A stretch of 64,000 nt of DNA from Candidatus Latescibacterota bacterium (GTDB taxonomy: Bacteria; Latescibacterota; UBA2968), in assembly GCA_965205975.1 (NCBI GenBank), contig OZ242195.1, positions 3,648,001 through 3,712,000 on the forward strand, written 5' to 3'. The first letter of the stretch is position 1. Each line of letters opens with the position of its first letter. Positions 39,326 through 50,500 of the stretch are shown here, piece after piece. A program made the translations under genes and the position numbers. The notes beneath the pieces are model-generated. The model saw nothing but the letters and a program-made list of their open reading frames with translations. It was not told the DNA's origin and did no database searches.

Positions 39326-39736
39326 ATGCGATTGCAAATGCCCGGCAAACGCCGTCCGGCCATCAATGTGACCTCTTTGATCGACGTCCTGTTTTTATTG
39401 CTTACATTTTTTCTCGTAACCACGCAATTTGTCGATCAATCCGCGCTCAAAGTCGAACTGCCCGCCATGGCACACGCGGAAAAAACGCAGCACGCGAGAC
39501 GTTATATTCTCAACATATCGGCAGATGGTCAAATGGCATTGGATGGTCAGATCGTCGATCAACCAGCATTGCGGGAATTATTAAAACAACAAGCAGCGGA
39601 CATCGATGAAAGTGGGGGCCTGATTTTGAGGGCAGATCGCCAATTGCCTTATGGCGATGTGATGTCGATTCTGGACCTCGTCAGAGGTGTGGGAATCAGA
39701 CGAATTACCAATGCCACAGCGGAACCCGATAAATAG
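39326..39736 (+). CDS. exbD: ExbD/TolR biopolymer transport protein
   Basis: INVTSLIDVLFLLL.FF, RAD..L.YG.V..ILD. Confidence 0.88.
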   Translation: MRLQMPGKRRPAINVTSLIDVLFLLLTFFLVTTQFVDQSALKVELPAMAHAEKTQHARRYILNISADGQMALDGQIVDQPALRELLKQQAADIDESGGLILRADRQLPYGDVMSILDLVRGVGIRRITNATAEPDK

Positions 39737-39762
39737 CAGTTTCTGTCTCAGAGGTAGGAACA

Positions 39763-40371
39763 ATGCGCGTTTCCAAATCGTCCAATTTTTCACACATTGA
39801 AGATATCCAAATCGTTGCCCGGGTCTTAGAAGGCAACACAGAGGCTTTCTCTGTGCTGGTACAGCGACACCATGAACGCGTGTATAATACGGTTTACAGC
39901 TTCATTGGCGATCTCGACGAAGCCGACGATTTGGCGCAAGAAGCATTTCTCAAAGCATTTCGCGCCCTGAAACGATTTCGAGGACAATCGCTATTTTCAA
40001 CATGGGTGCATCGCATCGCTGTCAATTGCTGCTTAGACCATCTCAAATCCAGACATCGGCGCAGCTTTGTTTCTCTGGATGAACATCGAGAAAATTGGGA
40101 CGTACCGCACATCTGGGTGGGCCAGCCCCCAAATGCGGATGTGCGCGTTGAACGGCGGGAACTTCAAGAAATTCTCGAACGCGCCCTGAATGATCTATCG
40201 GAAGAATATCGCGTGACCTTTGTTTTGAGAGAAATTGAAGGCCTGGCCTACGAAGAAATTGCCGAATTGCTCAAATGCTCAATAGGAACAGTGAAATCTC
40301 GCCTGTTTCGCGGGCGGTCAAAACTCCGCGAAATTTTGCAAGTACAATACGACAACTGGATTGAGGCGTAA
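39763..40371 (+). CDS. ECF sigma-70 factor (RpoE/SigW-like)
   Basis: DLAQEAFLKA, FSTW.HRIA.N, YEEIA..L....GTVKSRLFR.R. Confidence 0.92.
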   Translation: MRVSKSSNFSHIEDIQIVARVLEGNTEAFSVLVQRHHERVYNTVYSFIGDLDEADDLAQEAFLKAFRALKRFRGQSLFSTWVHRIAVNCCLDHLKSRHRRSFVSLDEHRENWDVPHIWVGQPPNADVRVERRELQEILERALNDLSEEYRVTFVLREIEGLAYEEIAELLKCSIGTVKSRLFRGRSKLREILQVQYDNWIEA

Positions 40372-40373
40372 AT

Positions 40374-40847
40374 ATGGACGCAGACAACACCTTTGACATC
40401 AACTGCGAATTGTTGTCGGCTTATCTCGACGATGCGCTTACAGAAGCAGAACGGACCAGAGTTGAGAAGCTATTGCGCGTGTCCGATAGTCTCAGGCGTG
40501 AACTGGCCGAGATGGTGCGGGTGCGACAATTTTTTGCGGCCTGGTCTCCACCTGCACCCGATCGTTTTTTTGTACGGCGTGTAGATATAAAAGTCCGGGA
40601 AGAAATGGCGCAAATGAAGAACAGATGGGGGTTTCAAAAATTCGCCACTGCCGCAATATTGCTGATTTCTATTGGCTCTCTGGCATTTTTAACCCAACGC
40701 CTGGACAGAACTGTTGAACCCGTCACGCTGGATGCTTTTTTGCAAAGTTCGCTCGACCGAGAGGTTCGAGAAGTTGTGAGTTTGACCGAAGATGATTTTT
40801 CCAAAGACCGCGTGCTCGACCTCGTCTTATCAGACAACACGCGTTAG
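40374..40847 (+). CDS. Anti-sigma factor (single TM)
   Basis: ELLSAYLD..L N-terminus, central TM, directly after the sigma gene. Confidence 0.8.
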   Translation: MDADNTFDINCELLSAYLDDALTEAERTRVEKLLRVSDSLRRELAEMVRVRQFFAAWSPPAPDRFFVRRVDIKVREEMAQMKNRWGFQKFATAAILLISIGSLAFLTQRLDRTVEPVTLDAFLQSSLDREVREVVSLTEDDFSKDRVLDLVLSDNTR

Positions 40848-40859
40848 AAGGTTTTTATT

Positions 40860-41246
40860 ATGTTTATTTCGCGTTTCCGCTTTATATGCCTGATTGTTTT
40901 GTGTCTCTTACTTGGCGCGGTAATAGGGACTGTTTACGAAAGTCTCGCGTCTGGTGATTCTGGAAAGAGGCGAGTGCGCCTGTCTGAAATGGTGGCAAAG
41001 CTCGACCTGTCAGATGGTCAGAAAGCGCAGTTGGACACAATCCTCGAACAAGGGCGCAAATGCATGGTCGATATCAACACGGCCTATCGCTCAGAGTTTG
41101 GAAAAGTGAGAAACACAACCCGCGCTCAAATTCGGGAAATCTTGACGCCTGATCAGCGCAAAGAATTTGATGAGATGATGGCCGAACAAGAGGCTCTGCG
41201 GCATCATCAGCGCAAAAACAGGCCCTCCGGCAATCAGGCCGAGTGA
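40860..41246 (+). CDS. Periplasmic Spy/CpxP-like (LTxxQ) protein
   Basis: N-terminal hydrophobic segment, LDLSDGQK and ILTPDQR motifs. Confidence 0.7.
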   Translation: MFISRFRFICLIVLCLLLGAVIGTVYESLASGDSGKRRVRLSEMVAKLDLSDGQKAQLDTILEQGRKCMVDINTAYRSEFGKVRNTTRAQIREILTPDQRKEFDEMMAEQEALRHHQRKNRPSGNQAE

Positions 41247-41315
41247 TAAAAAGAATTTTATAAAAAATAAGTGAGTAATTGTTTACTTTCTTCAAAGATT
41301 TGAGAGGACGGAAGA

Positions 41316-42899
41316 ATGATAAAAAAAATAGCTAATGGCCGATGGTTCATGCTGCTTTTTCTCGCGCTCTTTGCCTGTGGCGAAGAAGAAGCACAACAGG
41401 CAGAGGGACAAGGCGGACGTGCTGGACGCGGCGGACGTGCTGGACGCGGTGGTGGCGCTGCTGCGCCCGTCAAGGTCGAGAATGTACAGCGAGGGGACAT
41501 TTCTGCATATATTCTCAAAAATACGACACTCGAAGCCGAAAGATGGGTTGACGTTCGAGCGCGCAGAGCCGGGCAGGTCATCGCATTACTAAAAGAAGAA
41601 GGCGACCCCGTACGCGCGGGTACCATCCTGGCACGACTCGACGCCGACGCTGCTCAAATCAGCGTCTCGCAGCGAGAAATTTCGTATCGTGAAGCCAAAC
41701 AGCGGTATGAACGCGAAGATGCCTTATTTCAGCGCAATCTGGGTAGCAAACAGTCTTATGAAAATGCCAAGACCCAATTCGAATCGTCCAAAGCACAACT
41801 CGAACAGGCCAAACTCGATTTGAGTTACACGACAATTAGAGCACCCATTGAAGGCATTATGACGCTGAGAAATATTGAGGTCGGCAACATGGTCACCAAC
41901 AATCAGGTGGTCGCCTCCGTAGCTAAATTCGATCCCCTGCTTGCACGCATCCAGGTAACCGAAAAGGACTTTGGCAAAATCACCGTAGGGCAGACCGCGC
42001 GCATTACAGTTGAAGCCGCGCCTGAAAGAGAATTTACGGGCACAGTCAAAATGATCAGCCCGGTGGTAGATCCCGAAAGCGGCACGGTTAAAGTAACCGT
42101 TGAGATACCTCGAACAGATGCAAGTCTGCTGCGCCCGGGAATGTTTGCCTCGGTTTATATTATCACGGAAACGCGAAGAAACACCCTGGTCATTCCCAAA
42201 AAAGCCCTCGTGCTCGAAGGAGAAGGCAACCAGGTATTCACCTTTGAAACCGATCCCGAAAGCGGGCGCGGTCAGGCACAACGCAGACGCATTGAAATCG
42301 GCTTTACAGACAGTGACCGTTTAGAGATTCTCTCGGGTCTTTCCCAAGGAGAGCAAGTCATTACCGTAGGGCAGGAAGGATTGCGGCCTGGTTCTTCCGT
42401 ACGCCTCGTAGGTGAGGCAGCACCTCCCGCATTTGCCGGACGCGGTGGACAGGGACGCGCTGGACGCGGACAGATGGGACAAGGTGGTCAGGGTAGGCAG
42501 GGACGCGGACAAATGGGACAGGGCGAAGGACGCGCTGGACGTGGACAAATGGCCGAAGGTGGACAGGGTAGGCAGGGACGTGGACAGATGGGACAGGGCG
42601 AAGGACGCGCTGGACGTGGACAGATGGGTGAAGGTGCACAGGGTAGGCAGGGACGCGGACAAATGGGACAAGGCGGACAAGGTGGACAGGGCAGAGGTTT
42701 TGCAGGCGGGCAAGGCGGCGGTGATCTCACAGACCGCATGAAACGCATGATTGAGCGCATCCCCGAAGTCAAAGCCGAATACGAAAAGCGCGTGAAAGAC
42801 GATCCCGAACTCGCAACAAATATGGAAAAACTCCGCGCTTTTGTGACTGAGATGCGAGAAAAAGGATTGATACCATCACGAGGCGGACGAGGTAATTAA
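41316..42899 (+). CDS. RND efflux membrane fusion lipoprotein with Gly/Arg/Gln-rich C-terminal repeats
   Basis: Lipobox LFAC, EGD.V..G..LA, IRAPI.G, LRPGMF, GL..GE.V. Confidence 0.92.
   Translation: MIKKIANGRWFMLLFLALFACGEEEAQQAEGQGGRAGRGGRAGRGGGAAAPVKVENVQRGDISAYILKNTTLEAERWVDVRARRAGQVIALLKEEGDPVRAGTILARLDADAAQISVSQREISYREAKQRYEREDALFQRNLGSKQSYENAKTQFESSKAQLEQAKLDLSYTTIRAPIEGIMTLRNIEVGNMVTNNQVVASVAKFDPLLARIQVTEKDFGKITVGQTARITVEAAPEREFTGTVKMISPVVDPESGTVKVTVEIPRTDASLLRPGMFASVYIITETRRNTLVIPKKALVLEGEGNQVFTFETDPESGRGQAQRRRIEIGFTDSDRLEILSGLSQGEQVITVGQEGLRPGSSVRLVGEAAPPAFAGRGGQGRAGRGQMGQGGQGRQGRGQMGQGEGRAGRGQMAEGGQGRQGRGQMGQGEGRAGRGQMGEGAQGRQGRGQMGQGGQGGQGRGFAGGQGGGDLTDRMKRMIERIPEVKAEYEKRVKDDPELATNMEKLRAFVTEMREKGLIPSRGGRGN
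42452..42680 (+). repeat. Coding tandem repeat, 75-bp period x ~3 (GRAGRGQMxxGxQGRQGRGQMGQGE)
   Basis: Read directly in DNA and protein. Confidence 0.85.
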
Positions 42900-42904
42900 A
42901 ACCC

Positions 42905-45900
42905 ATGAAACTCATTGAATTTTCGACCCGGCGACGGGTAACAGTAACGATGTTTGTGGCTGCGGCAGTGCTATTCGGCATGGTCGCTTTTCAGCGCCTA
43001 TCGATTAACCTGCTCCCCGATATCACCTATCCCACCCTGACGGTACGCACAGAATACGAAGGCACAGCACCCTCAGAGATGGAACGTTTAATCACCGAGC
43101 CGATTGAGGGATCTGTAGGTGTGGTAAACGGAGTCATCCGGGTAACCTCGGCCTCGCGCCCAGGCATGTCGGATGTGGTTGTGGAATTCGCCTGGGGCAC
43201 GGACATGGATTTTGCTTCTCTCGATATTCGAGAAAAGCTCGATCAAGTGCGCCTGCCACAGGACGTGAGAAAACCCGTACTGCTGAGATTTGATCCTTCG
43301 CTCGATCCGATCATGCGTATCGGCCTCTATGGCGAAGAAAGTTTGATTTCGCTACGCCTCCTGGCCGAAGAAGAAATTAAGCCCGAGTTGGAAAGTCTCG
43401 AAGGCGTCGCATCTGTGCGCGTCAATGGCGGGCTGGAAGAAGAAATACAAGTTGAGATCGACCAACCCAAACTGGCTACATTGCGCATTCCACTCGCTCA
43501 GGTCGTCAATCGCTTAGCCCAGGAAAATGTGAACTTAACGGGCGGAGAACTCAAAGACGGCGAAGCGGAATACCTGGTTCGCACATTCAACGAATTTAAA
43601 ACAATAGAAGAAATTCAGGATATCGTGGTAGGCCAGCGGCAGGGCACAGTTATCACATTAGCCGATGTAGGACTGGTGACCCGAGGACATCGCGAACGCA
43701 CGGTAATCACGCGTATTGACGGGCAAGAAAGCGTCGAACTCGCCATATACAAAGAGGGCGATGCCAATACTGTAACAGTTGCACAAGCCGTTAAAGAAGC
43801 CGTCGCACAATTCCGCCGAACATCCGGCGATTTGCTCGGTAATTCGCGTATGGAGGTCGTCTCCGATCAATCGACATTCATTCGAGACTCGGTCTCCGAG
43901 GTCCTCAACACCGCTATTTTGGGCGGTTTTTTGGCCATCATCGTTCTCTACCTATTTTTGCAAAGCCCCAAAAGCACGGGCATCATCAGCGTATCCATTC
44001 CCATTTCAGTTGTTGCCACATTTTTCCTCATGTACGCATCGGATGTGAGCCTCAACATCATGTCATTGGGTGGACTCGCCCTGGGAATAGGCATGCTGGT
44101 TGACAACTCAATCGTCGTACTCGAAAGTGTACAGCGTTACCAGGATAGCGGCCTGAGTCCGCGTGAAGCCACCAATAAAGGGGGGTCTGAGGTGGGGCAG
44201 GCTGTGGTGGCTTCTACAATGACGACAATATGTGTATTTGTCCCCATTGTCTTTGTAGAAGGCATTGCTGGACAACTCTTCCGAGATCAGGCACTCACCG
44301 TGACCTATTCGCTTGTCGCTTCCCTCCTTGTCGCACTCACAGTCATACCCATGCTGGCTTCGTTGGAATTTTCATGGATCGGCGAATTTGCCGCCGTAGA
44401 GCAACGGAAAAAGGAAAGTGGACACAGGGGTGGTGTAGAAGGTCCCGCCCACATAATGGGATGGCTCGGAACGATTGCGGGATGGCTCGGGCGCGGTATT
44501 CTGGCCTGTCTGGCACCCTTATTCTGGCTTTTTGACAGAGTGATTGGGCGAGCTTATCTCATCTACCCGCACATTATCAGGTGGGCACTCAGACATCGCC
44601 TATATGTAATTGGGTTGGCAATAGCCCTCCTGGGCGGCACTGCGACACTTGGCAATAGACTGGGCAGTGAACTGATTCCCGAAATGAGCCAGGGTGAGTT
44701 CTCAATTTCAGTCGAAATGCCACTGGGTACGCCCCTTGCCGCGACCACGCAATCCATTCAAGCCATTGAGAGAATTGTGCGCAGCCAACCCGAAGTACGT
44801 CTGGTGTACAGCATTGTCGGCACGCAATCGGCATCTGGGGGAAGCGGCGGAGAAGATAGGGAAAATGTCGGCGAAGTCAATGTCGTACTCCACGAGGGTA
44901 TTATTCGAGATCGCGAAATTGCCGTGATGGATCGCTTGCGCCAAATGATCCTGGAAATTCCCGCCGTAGATACAAAATTTACTCGCCCATCGCTATTTTC
45001 TTCCCGCACGCCCATCGAAGTGGAAGTCGCCGGTTATAATTTGCAGTCGCTACAGATGATCGCCGGGGAAATGATGGCGCGCATGCAAACCATTCCGGGA
45101 CTGACAGATGTTAAAACCACGAGCGAGGGCGGTACACCCGAAGTACAAATTCGGTTTGACCGCAAGCGTGTGGCGCAAATGGGCACGACGATTAATGCCA
45201 TTGGCGAGATTATTCGCAATCAGGTTCAAGGGGAGGTTGCCACACAATTTACCCGAGGAGACCGGCGAGTCGATATTCGCGTCCGCGCCGAGGAAGAGCA
45301 TCGAAGCACAGTAGATGATCTGAGGCGATTGATCATCAGCCCCAACAATGCCCCATCGCCAGTTCCTTTGAGTGTAGTCGCCGATTTACAGGTGGAAATG
45401 GGACCTGCTGAAATTCGCAGAATTGATCAGGAGCGCGTGGCATTGATTTCAGCCAATCTGGTAGGGCGAAGTCTGAGTGCTGTTGTCGCAGACCTCGAAC
45501 GCGAAATCGATCGGATGGAGTTGCCCGCCGATTTTGCAATTAAAGTGGGTGGACAAAATGAAGAGCAACAGCGGTCGTTTGAAAGTATGCAATTGGCGAT
45601 TGGATTGGCCATCTTCCTCGTTTATCTGGTAATGGCATCGCAGTTTGAATCGCTCGTTCACCCCTTCGTGATCATGTTTGCCATCCCTTTTGCGCTGGTA
45701 GGTGTTTTTGCCCTGCTCCTCCTGACCGGACAAACCATCAGCGTGGTCGTGCTCATCGGTTTGATTATGCTCGCCGGCATTGTCGTCAACAATGCCATCG
45801 TGCTCATCGATTATATCAACACCCTTCGAAGAGATCAAGGCATGCCCAAAATGGAGGCCATAGCAGAAGGGGGCAAAGTGCGCCTGCGTCCCATTTTAAT

Positions 45901-46180
45901 GACCACCTCGACAACCGTGCTCGGTTTGTTGCCTATGGCGCTGGGCGTTTTCAATTTTCAGCCCCTTGTCAAAAGCATTGAAGGCGTGCTGGATGGCATA
46001 TTGTCCGGACAGGTATTCGTCGTGGTCATGGCTGTAGTGGGTATGGTATTCCCTGTGGGACAGGGCGCAGAGATACGCGCGCCTATGGCCATTACCGTTA
46101 TCGGCGGCCTGGTCGTATCAACACTGGTAACCCTGGTACTGATCCCAACGCTGTATTCCCTAACCGACCGCAAGGAATAG
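42905..46180 (+). CDS. RND efflux transporter permease (AcrB/MdtB-like)
   Basis: 1091 aa; GMLVDNSIVVLE, GIVVNNAIVL, RLRPILMT. Confidence 0.93.
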   Translation: MKLIEFSTRRRVTVTMFVAAAVLFGMVAFQRLSINLLPDITYPTLTVRTEYEGTAPSEMERLITEPIEGSVGVVNGVIRVTSASRPGMSDVVVEFAWGTDMDFASLDIREKLDQVRLPQDVRKPVLLRFDPSLDPIMRIGLYGEESLISLRLLAEEEIKPELESLEGVASVRVNGGLEEEIQVEIDQPKLATLRIPLAQVVNRLAQENVNLTGGELKDGEAEYLVRTFNEFKTIEEIQDIVVGQRQGTVITLADVGLVTRGHRERTVITRIDGQESVELAIYKEGDANTVTVAQAVKEAVAQFRRTSGDLLGNSRMEVVSDQSTFIRDSVSEVLNTAILGGFLAIIVLYLFLQSPKSTGIISVSIPISVVATFFLMYASDVSLNIMSLGGLALGIGMLVDNSIVVLESVQRYQDSGLSPREATNKGGSEVGQAVVASTMTTICVFVPIVFVEGIAGQLFRDQALTVTYSLVASLLVALTVIPMLASLEFSWIGEFAAVEQRKKESGHRGGVEGPAHIMGWLGTIAGWLGRGILACLAPLFWLFDRVIGRAYLIYPHIIRWALRHRLYVIGLAIALLGGTATLGNRLGSELIPEMSQGEFSISVEMPLGTPLAATTQSIQAIERIVRSQPEVRLVYSIVGTQSASGGSGGEDRENVGEVNVVLHEGIIRDREIAVMDRLRQMILEIPAVDTKFTRPSLFSSRTPIEVEVAGYNLQSLQMIAGEMMARMQTIPGLTDVKTTSEGGTPEVQIRFDRKRVAQMGTTINAIGEIIRNQVQGEVATQFTRGDRRVDIRVRAEEEHRSTVDDLRRLIISPNNAPSPVPLSVVADLQVEMGPAEIRRIDQERVALISANLVGRSLSAVVADLEREIDRMELPADFAIKVGGQNEEQQRSFESMQLAIGLAIFLVYLVMASQFESLVHPFVIMFAIPFALVGVFALLLLTGQTISVVVLIGLIMLAGIVVNNAIVLIDYINTLRRDQGMPKMEAIAEGGKVRLRPILMTTSTTVLGLLPMALGVFNFQPLVKSIEGVLDGILSGQVFVVVMAVVGMVFPVGQGAEIRAPMAITVIGGLVVSTLVTLVLIPTLYSLTDRKE

Positions 46181-46181
46181 C

Positions 46182-47003
46182 ATGGAGCAGAGCCGAAATG
46201 AAGCGTTTGTCGAATCGCTTCAGAACTATTCGCTTTCAGAACTCGAAGATATTTATGCACATCTGGACCGAGACCTGTTTCCAGAGCGATTCGATCAAGT
46301 TAGGGACGAAATTGAAGCGCGCTTAAAGGACTTTGATTCAAAAGCTACAGGCATAAGTACACTAATTGAGCCACCCGGATTTTTGAGACGCATCGCATCG
46401 AGCGCGATTGATTTCTCCATGCAAGTGCTCGTTCCTTTTTTGATTTTTTTTCTTCTCAAAAGCGTTCTTTTTCCCAGTGCTCCAACCGCAAGTGCCGGTG
46501 GTGGACGAGGCGGCGGTGGACGCGGCGGCGGTGGACGCGGCGGGCGAGGTGGCGGCGACAATCAATCCGATGATCTCTGGTCAGACATCACGGGTTTTGT
46601 GGGAAGTGCGAAGGACATCGCTGTTGGATTGTTTGAAGGGGACCCCGCAGCACAGAGCAGGGCGATGCTTATCTGGAACGATTTTGGCATCATCCTGGTC
46701 ATTTTACTCGTTTTCCGGGTCTTCATGACCTTATCGGGGTGGGCGCGTTCTGGATTTACCCCTGGAATGCGCGAATTGGGCATTCGGGTCGAGCGCGTTG
46801 GAGGCGGTGTTCCAACCTGGTCACAAGCGGTGGGCAGATTTGTTCTACAGCCTCTAATTTTTATCGCGACAGTCGGGCTCAGCGGTCTGTGGGTGCTATG
46901 GGATCGCGACAGTCGGGCACTTCACGATAAAATTCTCGGCACAAGGCTCGTTCGCGTGGTGCGTACCTGGGAAAAAACTGGAACCGAGAGAAAATTTGAA
47001 TAG
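46182..47003 (+). CDS. RDD family membrane protein with RGG insert
   Basis: GFLRR..S..ID, TPG...LGIRV, RALHD.I.GT. Confidence 0.8.
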   Translation: MEQSRNEAFVESLQNYSLSELEDIYAHLDRDLFPERFDQVRDEIEARLKDFDSKATGISTLIEPPGFLRRIASSAIDFSMQVLVPFLIFFLLKSVLFPSAPTASAGGGRGGGGRGGGGRGGRGGGDNQSDDLWSDITGFVGSAKDIAVGLFEGDPAAQSRAMLIWNDFGIILVILLVFRVFMTLSGWARSGFTPGMRELGIRVERVGGGVPTWSQAVGRFVLQPLIFIATVGLSGLWVLWDRDSRALHDKILGTRLVRVVRTWEKTGTERKFE

Positions 47004-47082
47004 AATATGTCAATTATCCGAAACTTTTGATCATGTGATCTCGTCTAAACCCTCGAAATATTTAAGAGGAGGAGTAAGTATT

Positions 47083-47517
47083 ATGAGGCGGATGTATAAA
47101 ATGTGTTGCGTCGTGCTGGCAACCGCATTTTTTCTGGGGTGTTTGGCCCCTGTTGCCGAAGCGCAGTCCCTTTTTACTGCACGGCGCACGTTTGGTATCT
47201 TATTTCTCGGAGGTAGTGCGTTTATGGCCAAGCGCGCCATTGATTATAAGCGCGATGCAAACGACATTTATGAAGCCTACAAGGCGGCAACTGATGCACG
47301 GGAAGCCGAACAGCTTTTTAACCGCACAAGTGATCGAGATACCAAGAGCCAGATGAGTATTGGATTTTCCGCAATTTTGTTGATCAGTGGTTTGCGTTTG
47401 CTCATGCACAGCGGCGTGGATGATAAAATGCCCAAAATTGATCGACGAATCAAAATTGATCTCAACAGTGATATTCGCAAAAAGTCTGTTGGGATTGTGT
47501 TAAAGAAAAAATTTTAA
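47083..47517 (+). CDS. Hypothetical exported/membrane protein
   Basis: RBS GAGGAGG; signal peptide ending AEA; two hydrophobic segments; C-terminal beta-strand ending in Phe. Confidence 0.65.
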   Translation: MRRMYKMCCVVLATAFFLGCLAPVAEAQSLFTARRTFGILFLGGSAFMAKRAIDYKRDANDIYEAYKAATDAREAEQLFNRTSDRDTKSQMSIGFSAILLISGLRLLMHSGVDDKMPKIDRRIKIDLNSDIRKKSVGIVLKKKF

Positions 47518-47547
47518 TCATCAATAATGGGCCATGAGGAGATTATT

Positions 47548-50500
47548 ATGAATCACTGGTGGACGCGCCGACTACAAGTCGGCCTTTTGGGGATTGCGAT
47601 AATTTTAATTGCTATGTGGGGATGCGGACGCGAGCGCGTCAATCCAATTGACGCACAATATGAGGGTGAGGGAAGCGTAACTCTGAATTCGCCGGGCAAT
47701 ATTCGCGCCCAGGGCGGTATTGCACGGATCACATTGAACTGGAATCCGGTAAACAGCACCAGCCTTGCGGGATACGGCATATGGCGGTCAACATCGGCTA
47801 CGGGAGACTACGTGCTGTTACGCGGCGAATCATCTGTCCCTGACGTGACGACAGCACGGACGACTTATGTGGATTCGACAATAGATGTTAGTGTATCGAA
47901 AATATACTTTTACAAGCTCAGTAGCGTAGATGTAGATGGACAAGCGAGCGAATTGTCTGCATTTGTGAGCGCAGAAGTCCTCGATGACACGCGCGCGCCG
48001 GCTATGCCGACAAATCTCGTCGCTATCACCGATGCCGATGGCAGACAGGTGACACTGGGCTGGTCAGCGCCAGAAACGGATGTGGGCAATCAGGAATTGA
48101 CCGGCTTGTCCGGGTACAGAATTTTCAGGATTAAAGATTCACAGGGCGTACTCCAGATACAGGGTTCACAAACAGCTCTGGTCCAACTCGCAACAGAATT
48201 GGGCATTGACCTCGATAACCTGGGAGCAATATCCGACGATTTGAAGGATATTTTTGTTGAACTTGGAACAGTGCCAGCCGGCCAGACTTATTTCCTCGAT
48301 ACCGATGGACTCGAAGCTGGCGTACTTCACGTTTATGTGGTCATCGCCGTTGATCCAGATGGCAACATCGGGCCTCCAGCACTTGCTTTGGTGACGATAA
48401 GCGCACCGGGCGCGAGCGTACCAGTGCCCGCTGGCTTGCGCGCAACACAAAATGAACAGGCGCGCATTGTCATCTCCTGGAATCCCGTAAACGATCCCAA
48501 TTTGCTGGGCTATCTGGTCTTGCGGTCACAATCGACGCAAGGTCCCTTCACACCCGTAACAAGCGACACGCTCTTTACCACGGGGCAAACGACCTATGTC
48601 GATTCGCTTGTCACCACCGATCAAGTGTACTACTACAAAGTTCAAACCGTTGTGCAAGATCCCAATCTTGGACTATTGCGCAGTGATACTTCCACCTTTA
48701 CCGATGGCCTGGCACTTACCGATCAAAGCGCTCCTGGTGCGCCCTCAGATCTCATTGTCAGCCTGGACGATGCGAATTTCCAGCGGGTGATGCTCAGCTG
48801 GACGGCACCTGTAACAGACAGAAATGGCAATGAGTTGACCGGATTGGCCTCCTTTGAAATCTACCGGTCACGCGACAACAACACATCCTTTGCGTTGATC
48901 GCCACAGTATCGAGCGATCAGGTGAGCTTTGTGGATACGTCTGTCGAATTGCTCACGACGTATTTCTATGCGGTCAGAGCAGTGGATCAGGCTGGCAATG
49001 TCGGACCCCGGTCTCAGCCGATATCTGTGACCACGAAGGGATTTGCCATCCCGCGCAACGTGCAAGCCGCTGGTGGTGAGCAGAAAATCACCTTGACCTG
49101 GGCGGCAAATACCGAGCCGGAATTGACCGGATATGAAATACTCCGCTATACAGATCCCACGCACGAAACGCCCGACAAAACCTTCTCTTCTGTATTGACG
49201 ACATACATAGATACCCCCGTCACAGCAGATCAGCCCTTTGTGTATCGCGTGCGTGCGGTTGGCACCGCCAATGTGAAGAGTGAATTGTCACCCCCCGTCT
49301 CTGCCCAGGCCATTGAATCTGCGCCTGTTTTGGCAGCCCCGCGCAATGTGCAGGCAAGAGGTGGAATAGGACACATTACCATCACCTGGTCTGCCAATAC
49401 AGAACCAGAACTGACCGGGTATCGCGTCATGCGCTATACAGACCCGGCACAGACAGTGGCCGAAGCGACCTTCACAACTGTGCAAACGACTTACGTCGAT
49501 TCGCCACTGGTATCGGGACAGACCTATGTGTATCGCGTGCAGGCGGTTGGCACCAATAACGAAGAAAGCGAACGGTCACTATACGCCTCTGCAACCGTCT
49601 CAGCCGATCAGAGTCCTCCCGGCGCACCATCAGATCTCATCGTCAGCCTGGACGATGCGAATTTCCAGCGCGTGATGCTCAGCTGGACGGCTCCCACGCG
49701 AGACAGCAATAACAATGAGTTGACCGGACTGGCCTCCTTTGAGATCTACCGGTCACGCGGGAACAACACATCCTTTGCGCTGGTCACCACAGTATCGAGC
49801 GATCAGGTGAGTTATGTAGATACGTCTGTCGAATTGCTCACGACGTATTTCTATGCGATCAGAGCAGTGGATCAGGCTGGCAATGCCGGACCCCGGTCAC
49901 AGCCGGTATCTGTGACGACCAAAGGATTTGCTGCACCGCGCAACGTGCAGGCGACTGCTGGGGTGCAGAAAATCACCTTGACCTGGGCGGCAAATACCGA
50001 GCCGGAATTGACCGGATACGAGATATTGCGCTATACAGATCTCTCCCAGGCAACACCTGACCGGACCTTCTCTTCCATATTGACGACGTATGTGGATACG
50101 CCTGTCACAGCAGATCAGCCCTTTGTGTATCGCGTGCGTGCGGTTGGTCCTTCCAACGTGAAGAGCGAACTCTCGGCTCCTGTCTCTGCTCAGGCCACTG
50201 CGCCTGCGCCTGTTCTGGCAGCCCCGCGCAATGTGCAGGCAATTGGCGGGATCGAGTACATTGCCATTACGTGGTCAGCCAATACAGAAGCAGAACTGAC
50301 CGGGTATCGCGTATTGCGCTATACAGATACAGATCCTCAAACTGAGGCCGAAGCGACCTTCATAACCCTGGAGACGATCTATATCGATGAGCCACTTGAA
50401 GCAGGGCGGACCTATGTGTATCGCGTGCAGGCGATTGGCACGAATAACGAAGAAAGTGAACTATCGCTATTTGCCCCCGCAACGGTACTGTTTGATGATA

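Noticed and set aside
42440..42700. Possible CRISPR or non-coding repeat array
   Set aside because: The repeats are in frame within the MFP gene and vary mainly at synonymous positions.
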